Source of the DNA: Gammaproteobacteria bacterium
GTDB taxonomy: Bacteria; Pseudomonadota; Gammaproteobacteria; UBA9214
Reading direction: 5' to 3'
Length of the DNA stretch: 36,886 nucleotides
NCBI GenBank assembly: GCA_049665685.1
Contig: JBATGJ010000078.1
Coordinates: 1-36,886, forward strand
Shown: piece after piece, positions 28,892-36,886 of the stretch
Layout of the letters: each line of letters opens with the position of its first letter
Position numbering within the stretch: the first letter of the stretch is position 1
Notes under the pieces: generated by a model
The model's input: the letters and a program-made list of their open reading frames with translations, nothing else
The model's database searches: none
What the model was told of the DNA's origin: nothing
Program-made: the position numbers and the translations under genes

Positions 28892-29872
28892 TTACGACGC
28901 GGCTTGCCGCTGGACGGACTCGGCCATCATCCTGACCGTTGCCGCCGGCACCTCGCCGACGACCGTCACCTGGTAACCGTCGACCACTGCTCCGTAGGCG
29001 TTCATGGCACCCATCGTGGAAAGTCCGGTAAACGAGGCGGCTTCGGGTAGTGCCTGCTCGACATAAACCGACACGGTGGCCAAACCGTCGCTGAATACCA
29101 TGTGTTCGGCCTCCCCGCCCTGTTCATGCAATCGCCGGCGGCGGAAATCGGTCAACATAAAACCTGCCGGAAGCTGCCTGACGGTCCAGCCGGGAAGGCC
29201 ATGAGCTGGGTCCTGGGCCGCATTGACTTCAGTCTGGCGATGCCAGGTGTAGCCGTCACCGGTCAGTGAAGGCTGCAGGTCACTGACCGGGATATCGATA
29301 CCGATATCCAGTGCAGTGAACATGACCTTTTCAATGGCGGCACCGTCTTCGCCGGTCAGATCGGACCTCAGCAACATGCGTGAATCCTGCTCGATCCAGA
29401 AGTGGTAGCCGTAGCGGAATGCGTCTTTCGGCGTGACGGCAATGACGCGCGCGCGGTAGCCGATCATGCGGTCGTCACCCTTGTCTTCCAGCAGGTAATG
29501 ACGCGAGAGCTTCGCAAGATCGTCGGGCACAACAGGGAACGGCGGCGGCCGGCTCTGGCCGATCATGACGGACTTGTTGTCCGGCAGGATGCACGTCACT
29601 GACCGATCATCACGCAGTACCTCGCGGGTACTGCCGGTCAGTGACACCAGCCGTTCACGCCGACCGCCGGCATCGACACGGTGGATAATGCGCATGACAT
29701 CAAGCTTGCCGCCGTGCTGATAGACAAATGTCCCGTCGTAGTCGAGCGTCTTGAGCGCCTCGGACATTTCGTTCAGCCAGTGGCGTGCGGTATCGGCAGC
29801 GACAACCTGGCTGCAGCAAAGCAGCGATGCGAGCAGCAGTGGTTTCACAACATCATGCCCGGTCGCAAACAT
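28892..29872 (-). CDS. rseB: Sigma-E factor regulatory protein RseB (MucB)
   Basis: Signal peptide. WLNEMSEALKTLDYDGTFVYQHGGKLDVMRIIH pattern. 326 aa. Confidence 0.9.
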   Translation of the reverse strand: MFATGHDVVKPLLLASLLCCSQVVAADTARHWLNEMSEALKTLDYDGTFVYQHGGKLDVMRIIHRVDAGGRRERLVSLTGSTREVLRDDRSVTCILPDNKSVMIGQSRPPPFPVVPDDLAKLSRHYLLEDKGDDRMIGYRARVIAVTPKDAFRYGYHFWIEQDSRMLLRSDLTGEDGAAIEKVMFTALDIGIDIPVSDLQPSLTGDGYTWHRQTEVNAAQDPAHGLPGWTVRQLPAGFMLTDFRRRRLHEQGGEAEHMVFSDGLATVSVYVEQALPEAASFTGLSTMGAMNAYGAVVDGYQVTVVGEVPAATVRMMAESVQRQAAS

Positions 29873-29902
29873 GTCGATGTTTGCGCGGACATCCGGGATC
29901 GA

Positions 29903-30472
29903 TCATTCGCTGTCCTCTTTACTCCCGGGCTGCTCGCCCTGACCCAAGAAGCGCACATAGGGTAGCATACCCCGCATGCCCTGGTTCGCGGCGAATTCAT
30001 TATGGTTGACCAGATAGGCATCGAGGTCACGGGTGGGTGTCGCGGATATTGCAGTCGGTGACTGCCCTTCAGCCCGGATGTAATCCGCCGGAGCGGGCGC
30101 AGAGGCGACGACCGGCGCGGACTGCGATGTCGTATCACGGACAGATTGCAGTGACAGCACGGCAACCACGGCCACCGAGGCGGCAACGGCCAGGCCGGCA
30201 AGCGGCTTGGCCAGGCGGCCCAGGTGTGTGCCGGCCGGTGCCGCGTGCGGCGCGGCCTCGCCCTGCAGGGCAGTCTGTATGCGCACGTGGAAATCAGGAT
30301 CGATCCGCTCGGGCAGGTTGTCCTGCAGTGCATCGCTGACCAGTTGGTAGCGCGCAAATTGCCTGAGCAGCGACTCATCCCTGGCCAGTTGCCGCAGCAG
30401 CAGTCCCTGTTCGGCCACGTCCAGTTCATCATCAACCAGTGCCGAGATCTGTTCGTTGAGTGTGTCTTTCAT
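29903..30472 (-). CDS. rseA: Anti-sigma-E factor RseA (MucA)
   Basis: N-terminus LNEQISALVDDEL...ARYQLVSDAL, a central TM segment, and position after rpoE. Confidence 0.85.
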   Translation of the reverse strand: MKDTLNEQISALVDDELDVAEQGLLLRQLARDESLLRQFARYQLVSDALQDNLPERIDPDFHVRIQTALQGEAAPHAAPAGTHLGRLAKPLAGLAVAASVAVVAVLSLQSVRDTTSQSAPVVASAPAPADYIRAEGQSPTAISATPTRDLDAYLVNHNEFAANQGMRGMLPYVRFLGQGEQPGSKEDSE

Positions 30473-30489
30473 TGTGTCGTGCCCGTCAG

Positions 30490-31065
30490 TCAGTCCAGTA
30501 GTGGTTTCAATTTCCCGTCTATCGCATCCCGCGCCCGGAATATCCGTGATCTGACCGTACCGATCGGGCAGTCCATAGCCTGTGCGATTTCCTCGTAGCT
30601 CATCCCCTCGAGCTCTCGCAGTGTTATGGCCGTGCGCAGATCCTCCGGCAGACTCTCTATCGCACCGGCAATGGTTTGTTTTATTTCGTCTCTCAGCAAG
30701 AGGCGTTCCGGTGTTGCATAATCTTTAAGACCTGACGCGCTGTCATATTGTTCCGCTTCCGTGGCGTCGATATCAGACCGCGGGGGCCGGCGGTTGCTTG
30801 CGACCAGGTAATTTTTGGCGGTATTGATCGCAATCCGGTAAATCCAGGTATAAAACGCGCTGTCTCCCCTGAAACGGCCAAGTGCCTTGTAGGCCTTGAT
30901 GAAGGCCTCCTGGGCGACATCCATGGCCTCATCCGGGTCATGCACATAGCGATAAGCTAACTGTATGATCTTGCTCTGGTATTTCTGGACGAGCACATCA
31001 AATGCGGCCTTGTCACCGGCCTGGACCCGCTCCACCAGTGCCTGATCTATACTTCTTTCGCCCAT
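30490..31065 (-). CDS. rpoE: RNA polymerase sigma-E (ECF) factor
   Basis: Region 2 [37 protein letters not shown]. Region 4 [31 protein letters not shown]. Confidence 0.95.
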   Translation of the reverse strand: MGERSIDQALVERVQAGDKAAFDVLVQKYQSKIIQLAYRYVHDPDEAMDVAQEAFIKAYKALGRFRGDSAFYTWIYRIAINTAKNYLVASNRRPPRSDIDATEAEQYDSASGLKDYATPERLLLRDEIKQTIAGAIESLPEDLRTAITLRELEGMSYEEIAQAMDCPIGTVRSRIFRARDAIDGKLKPLLD

Positions 31066-31099
31066 TCGGGCTGTCTCCCGTCAACCCGAACTGCACCCA

Positions 31100-31127
31100 A
31101 TTGACAGTGTGCAGGGGGGATAGTTCG
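31100..31127 (-). promoter_or_regulatory. Candidate sigma-E-dependent (autoregulated) rpoE promoter
   Basis: The minus strand reads cGAACTA-N16-TCAAT, about 35 nt upstream of the rpoE ATG. Both the spacing and the hexamers resemble GGAACTT-N16-TCNAA of E. coli rpoE P2 and Pseudomonas algU promoters. Confidence 0.5.
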
Positions 31128-31199
31128 CGTTATTGTATGGAAATCAGCTGTTTCACCAAAGGCAATGCTGCCGGTCGCGGTGAAGCCTGTCAGGTGGTT

Positions 31200-32849
31200 A
31201 TGGTAACGAGAAACCGATTCGATGTCCTGATCATCGGCAGTGGCGCCGCCGGGCTGAGCCTGGCCCTGCGCCTGCCGGAACATGTCAGGGTCGCGATACT
31301 GTCCAAGAGCAACCTGGAAGAAGGCAGCACCCTGTATGCGCAGGGCGGGATTTCAGCGGTGACCGATCCACAGGACACCTTCGAATCGCACATTGCGGAT
31401 ACCCTCGATGCAGGCGCCGGACTGAATAATCCCGCAGCGGTACGCTTCACGATCGAACATGCGCCGGCCGCCATCGACTGGCTGGTCAACCTCGGCGTTC
31501 CCTTCACCCGCCACAATGGTGCCAACAAGCCGGATGGTTTCCACCTCACCCGTGAAGGCGGTCATTCAACCCGCCGGGTAGTGCATGCGGCTGATGCTAC
31601 CGGTCGTGCCATGGAAACCACACTCGTCAGTAAGGCGCGCAGACGGGACAACATCACGGTACTCGAGCATCACATCGCCATCGATCTGATCATGGCCAAC
31701 AAGCTCGGCCTGACGGACAACCGCGTCCTCGGGTCCTACGTGCTCGATCGCACAACCAACCGCGTCAGCGCCATCCCCGCTCGCACCGTGGTACTGGCGA
31801 CGGGCGGGGCCAGCAAGGTTTATCTGTACACCAGCAACCCGGACACCTCGAGCGGCGACGGTATCGCCATGGCCTGGCGCGCCGGCTGCCGGGTTGCGAA
31901 TATGGAGTTCAACCAGTTTCATCCCACCTGCCTGTACCACCCGCAGGCCAAGTCCTTCCTGGTCACGGAAGCGGTTCGCGGCGAGGGCGGTCAGCTGCGC
32001 TTGCCGGATGGCAGCACCTTTATGGAACGTTTCGATGAACGCGGCAACCTCGCACCGCGCGATATCGTCGCGCGTGCCATCGACCACGAAATGAAACGCC
32101 TGGGTGCGGAATACGTGTTGCTGGATATCAGCCACAAGCCTGCCCCATTCATCAAGGAACACTTTCCGAATGTTTATGCACGTTGCCGCGAACTCGGTTA
32201 TGACATGACCCTGGAACCCATCCCGGTGGTGCCGGCTGCGCACTATACCTGCGGAGGTGTCATTACCGATCTGCAGGGACGCACCGACCTGGAAGGCCTG
32301 TACGCTGTCGGTGAAGTCACCTGTACCGGCATGCATGGCGCCAATCGCATGGCCAGCAATTCACTGCTTGAATGCCTGGTGTTCGGTACCGCGGCGGCTG
32401 AACACATCGACAGCACACTGGATGACATACCCGATCCCCCGCCATTGCCCGAGTGGGACGAGTCGCAGGTCAGGGACTCCGATGAGGAGGTGGTCGTCAG
32501 TCACAACTGGGACGAACTGCGCCGCTGTATGTGGAACTATGTTGGTATCGTCAGGACAGACAAGCGCCTGGCACGCGCCTGGCGGCGGGCCGACCTGCTG
32601 CAACAGGAAATCCACGAGTACTACAGCAATTTCACGGTTTCCAGTGACCTGCTTGAACTACGCAACCTGGCACAGGTCGCCGCGTTGATCATTCGCTCTG
32701 CACAGTTACGCAAGGAAAGCCGCGGCCTGCACTACACGCTTGACTACCCCGAACCGGACACCACGCACCCGCCGCAAGACACTGTCCTGACACCGCCGGC
32801 GGCGGGCGGAAGTGACCTGGAGACCGACTGGCAAAGGGTCGCTAACTGA
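31200..32849 (+). CDS. nadB: L-aspartate oxidase
   Basis: [28 protein letters not shown] motif, then ...[11 protein letters not shown]... Classic divergent nadB/rpoE arrangement. The track ORF start at 31002 overlaps rpoE and is too long. Confidence 0.93.
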   Translation: MVTRNRFDVLIIGSGAAGLSLALRLPEHVRVAILSKSNLEEGSTLYAQGGISAVTDPQDTFESHIADTLDAGAGLNNPAAVRFTIEHAPAAIDWLVNLGVPFTRHNGANKPDGFHLTREGGHSTRRVVHAADATGRAMETTLVSKARRRDNITVLEHHIAIDLIMANKLGLTDNRVLGSYVLDRTTNRVSAIPARTVVLATGGASKVYLYTSNPDTSSGDGIAMAWRAGCRVANMEFNQFHPTCLYHPQAKSFLVTEAVRGEGGQLRLPDGSTFMERFDERGNLAPRDIVARAIDHEMKRLGAEYVLLDISHKPAPFIKEHFPNVYARCRELGYDMTLEPIPVVPAAHYTCGGVITDLQGRTDLEGLYAVGEVTCTGMHGANRMASNSLLECLVFGTAAAEHIDSTLDDIPDPPPLPEWDESQVRDSDEEVVVSHNWDELRRCMWNYVGIVRTDKRLARAWRRADLLQQEIHEYYSNFTVSSDLLELRNLAQVAALIIRSAQLRKESRGLHYTLDYPEPDTTHPPQDTVLTPPAAGGSDLETDWQRVAN

Positions 32850-33108
32850 TCACAAACGCCGTGTAAGACTCACCGTCCAGGTCTGCACAGTTACAGGCAT
32901 CAACCTGTGCCTGCGGCGGTCCCGTCTGCAGCCAGGCACATAATTCGTCAACGCTGTCATGCGGACCACAGACCACGACCTCGACACGTCCGTCCGGCAG
33001 GTTGCGCGCGTAACCGGTGACACCCAGTCTCAGCGCCTGCTCGCGCGTGGAGGCCCTGAAGAACACACCCTGCACGCGACCGGATACCAGGCAGCGCTTA
33101 CAGGCCAT
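32842..33108 (-). CDS. acyP: Acylphosphatase
   Basis: [18 protein letters not shown]...[14 protein letters not shown]. 88 aa. Its 3' end overlaps the nadB 3' end by 8 nt (convergent). Confidence 0.85.
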   Translation of the reverse strand: MACKRCLVSGRVQGVFFRASTREQALRLGVTGYARNLPDGRVEVVVCGPHDSVDELCAWLQTGPPQAQVDACNCADLDGESYTAFVIS

Positions 33109-33118
33109 GCGCCCTGCC

Positions 33119-33592
33119 TCACTTCCCTGCCAGCTGTGCCTGCTTGCGGGCGATGTACTGCTCGATCGCCTCGCGTGTCACCGGACCCTCCTGGCGGGCG
33201 ATGGCCTCACCCTGCGGCGAGATTATGTAGGTCGTCGGCAGACCCAGCACCGGGCCAAGTGGCGTCACCGGCACCGGTTCCATACGCAGGATCGGGTAAC
33301 TGATCAGATGAGACTCCACGAATTCCTTCAGGTATTCATCATTGACTTCCTCGTGGTCGATGCCCAGCACCACGAGCTTGTCGCGGTTGTTATCGTGCAG
33401 GTCGACCAGATCCGGGATCTCTTCCAGGCACGGCGGACACCACGTGGCCCAAAAGTTGACCACCACCCATTTCCCGCGGAAATCCGACAGGGACACCGGC
33501 TTGCCGGACAGGTCCGGAAGGGTGAAATCGACCGTATCGCCGGCATTCGTCGCCGCGGCAAACAGGGCCAGCACTAATATGAGCACACGCAT
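33119..33592 (-). CDS. TlpA/ResA-like periplasmic thiol:disulfide oxidoreductase
   Basis: Signal peptide MRVLILVLALFAAATNA, then VVNFWATWCPPCLEEIP. 157 aa. The track ORF (to 34078) is an artefactual extension antisense to the fumarase gene. Confidence 0.85.
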   Translation of the reverse strand: MRVLILVLALFAAATNAGDTVDFTLPDLSGKPVSLSDFRGKWVVVNFWATWCPPCLEEIPDLVDLHDNNRDKLVVLGIDHEEVNDEYLKEFVESHLISYPILRMEPVPVTPLGPVLGLPTTYIISPQGEAIARQEGPVTREAIEQYIARKQAQLAGK

Positions 33593-33760
33593 TATTCTCT
33601 CCACATTTGCCCTACGGGGCGTTTCATTCTGACTAGTATACACTCCGTATAGTTCAGGGCCCTCCCGGAATGGCCCGGAATGTTGGTACATCCGGCACCG
33701 CGAAACCGCTACAATTATGACTGATACCGACCCGACGAGGTTCCGCGCGGCCAGCCAGCC

Positions 33761-35284
33761 ATGAGTACCATCACAGAACAGGATCTGATTGACAGCATCT
33801 GCGACGCCCTGCAGTACATTTCCTATTATCACCCACCGGATTTCATCCGCGCCATGACGGCGGCCTGGGAACGTGAGGAGGCGGCGGCCGCGAAGGATGC
33901 GATGGCACAGATACTGGTCAACTCGCGCATGTGTGCCGAGGGACATCGTCCGATCTGCCAGGACACCGGGATCGTCAATGTGTTTCTCAAGATCGGTATG
34001 AATGTTCGCTGGGACACCACGCGCAGTATCGATGACATGGTCAACACAGCCGTCAGCCGCGCCTATACAGATCCGCATAACCCCCTGCGGGGCTCAATCG
34101 TCAGCGATCCGGCCGGCGAGCGCCGCAACACCGGCGACAACACACCGGCCGTCATTCATAAGGATGTGGTGCCGGGTGATACTCTCGAGGTGACGGTTGC
34201 CGCCAAGGGCGGCGGCTCGGAAAACAAGTCACGTTTCGCCATCCTCAACCCAAGCGATGACATCGTTGCCTGGGTGCTCGAACAGGTGCCGACCATGGGT
34301 GCCGGCTGGTGTCCGCCGGGCATCCTCGGCATCGGCATCGGTGGCACTGCCGAGAAGGCCATGCTGCTGGCCAAGGAGGCCATTCTCGAACCCATCACCA
34401 TGCACGAGTTGCAGGCACGCGGTGCGCGAACACGACTGGAGGAGCTGCGCCTTGAAATTTTCGACCAGGTGAATGCACTGGGTATCGGTGCCCAGGGTCT
34501 TGGCGGTCTGACCACCGTGCTGGACGTGAAGCTGAAAGATTATCCCACGCATGCCGCCTCGAAGCCGGTCGCCATGATCCCCAACTGTGCCGCCACCCGT
34601 CACATTCATTTTACGCTCGATGGCAGCGGGCCGGCCCGGCTCGAACCACCGCGCCTGGAGGACTGGCCGCAGATTGCGCGCGCGAACGACAGCAACAGCC
34701 GCCGGGTCAACCTGGATAGCCTGCAGCGCGCCGATATCGGCGAATGGCAACCCGGCGAGACGCTGCTGCTGAGCGGCACAATGCTCACCGGCCGCGATGC
34801 CGCCCACAAGCGCATCACAGACCTGCTCAAGCGCGGCGAGTCACTACCCGACGGTCTGGATTTCAACGGGCGCTTCATTTACTACGTGGGCCCCGTCGAC
34901 CCGGTCGGTGACGAGGTAGTTGGCCCGGCCGGCCCGACCACGGCCACACGCATGGACAAGTTCACCGATACCCTGCTCGAGAAGACCGGCCTGCTCGGCA
35001 TGATCGGCAAGGCCGAGCGCGGCCCACAGGCCATCGAATCCATCGCACGCCATGCTGCGGTCTACCTGATCGCAACCGGCGGCGCCGCCTACCTTGTATC
35101 CAAGGCCATCCGTACGGCACGCGTGGTCGCCTTCCCGGAACTGGGAATGGAAGCGGTATACGAATTCGGGGTCGAGGACATGCCGGTCACGGTTGCCGTC
35201 GATACGCAAGGCAACTCGATACACACCAGCGGGCCGGCAGAATGGCGTATGCGCATCGGCAGTATTCCGGTCGTCAGGGGCTGA
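33761..35284 (+). CDS. fumA: Class I (Fe-S dependent) fumarate hydratase, fused alpha/beta type
   Basis: 507 aa. ...RPICQDTGIVNVFLKIG..., ...KGGGSENKS... and the C-terminal beta-domain motif ...TGRDAAHKR...GPTTATRMD. Confidence 0.9.
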   Translation: MSTITEQDLIDSICDALQYISYYHPPDFIRAMTAAWEREEAAAAKDAMAQILVNSRMCAEGHRPICQDTGIVNVFLKIGMNVRWDTTRSIDDMVNTAVSRAYTDPHNPLRGSIVSDPAGERRNTGDNTPAVIHKDVVPGDTLEVTVAAKGGGSENKSRFAILNPSDDIVAWVLEQVPTMGAGWCPPGILGIGIGGTAEKAMLLAKEAILEPITMHELQARGARTRLEELRLEIFDQVNALGIGAQGLGGLTTVLDVKLKDYPTHAASKPVAMIPNCAATRHIHFTLDGSGPARLEPPRLEDWPQIARANDSNSRRVNLDSLQRADIGEWQPGETLLLSGTMLTGRDAAHKRITDLLKRGESLPDGLDFNGRFIYYVGPVDPVGDEVVGPAGPTTATRMDKFTDTLLEKTGLLGMIGKAERGPQAIESIARHAAVYLIATGGAAYLVSKAIRTARVVAFPELGMEAVYEFGVEDMPVTVAVDTQGNSIHTSGPAEWRMRIGSIPVVRG

Positions 35285-35299
35285 ACCGCGGAACACAGG

Positions 35300-36389
<1,090 letters not shown>

Positions 36390-36390
<1 letters not shown>

Positions 36391-36749
36391 TGACAGCAGC
36401 GCGCCTGCTTTACGGCCTGACCCTGACAGGCTACTTCGGTACACTCATCCTGCTGACTGCCTGGTTCAGCTGGTTGTACCCACCGACAAAGGCCCCGACT
36501 GCGCTGACCTTGTTGCTGATTGTCGGCCCGCTGCTATTACCGCTACGCGGGCTGCTGCATGCGCGCCGCTACACTGTTTCGTGGAGCTGCTTCCTGGCCT
36601 TGCTGTATTTCATCCACGGCGTACTGGAGGCCTGGCACACGGCACCCACCCGCACTCTGGGTATGGCAGAAGTCGCGTTCACGACGCTTTGGTTTGTCGG
36701 AGCGATTGGCTATATCCAGGCCACGAAACCGCAATCACTGAAAAAATAA
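36390..36749 (+). CDS. DUF2069 domain-containing membrane protein
   Basis: The ATG overlaps the wrbA TGA (TGATG). 119 aa with 3-4 TM helices, in the conserved arsC-wrbA-DUF2069 arrangement seen in pseudomonads. Confidence 0.75.
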
Positions 36750-36752
36750 TTT

Positions 36753-36886
36753 CTCGCGCAAAGCCGCGAAGACGCTAAAAGAACATCTGCCACAGAGAAC
36801 ACATAGAAATACTAATGTCATTCCCGCGCACGACTGCATGGAGAAGGTGAGACCGGGAAGCGGTCGAGAGGCTGGCCTGGGCCATG
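36753..36886. mobile_element. Nested palindromic element, copy B (left part only, cut by the window end)
   Basis: Aligns base-for-base with 14041-14183 except for scattered substitutions and one 12-nt gap: CTCGCGCAAAGCCGC..GCCACAGAGAACACA.AG..AAATAC..TGTCATTCC.GCGCACGACTGCATGGAG.AGGTGAGACCGGGAA.CGGTCGAGAGGCTGGCCTGGGCCATG. Confidence 0.8.

Noticed and set aside
33593-34078. N-terminal 162-codon extension of the TlpA-like ORF
   Set aside because: The extension is antisense to the fumarase gene and precedes a perfect signal peptide at the internal ATG (33592). The true gene is 33119..33592.

Overview
GC-rich gammaproteobacterial core chromosome, possibly a whole contig: it starts inside leuA and ends inside a repeat. 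I count about 40 protein genes. Nearly all are housekeeping genes in classical synteny.

Gene order (< marks minus-strand runs):
- leuA<pssA<psd-like<ilvC<ilvH<ilvI
- DUF4124, MIF-type tautomerase, DUF4124, proS, lytic transglycosylase
- OprC/NosA-like TonB-dependent receptor plus tonB
- rlmD, PolB-like 3'-5' exonuclease, YdbL-like<YdbH-like<cysM
- a small secreted protein and an orphan Hpt protein
- pdxJ<recO<era<rnc<DUF4845<lepB<lepA<grx-like<mucD<rseC<rseB<rseA<rpoE, divergent from nadB
- acyP, tlpA-like, class I fumarase, arsC, wrbA, DUF2069

The ORF track accepts GTG/TTG starts and reports the longest ORF, so I trimmed several 5' ends to homology-consistent starts. leuA is missing from the track because it has no stop codon in the window.

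I found no rRNA or tRNA genes, CRISPR arrays, transposases, integrases, phage genes or defence-island-like clusters. I do not see a convincing new multi-gene system here.

Unexplained or unusual signals:
1. A REP-like hairpin family built from CACAGAG half-units, acting as terminator-like modules at five loci.
2. A nested ~290-bp palindromic element with a structured ~100-nt core. Its left half recurs at the window end.
3. A different 130-bp palindromic MITE exactly where ynbE would be expected between the YdbH-like and YdbL-like genes, plus an N-terminally extended YdbL homolog.
4. A Psd-like protein that appears to lack both the Ser and the His needed for pyruvoyl self-processing.
5. A terminator-like hairpin with a T8 run in the ilvI leader.
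6. An OprC-family receptor with GxxxM-HxM instead of CxxxM-HxM.

All functional calls come from motif recognition by eye. No searches were run.
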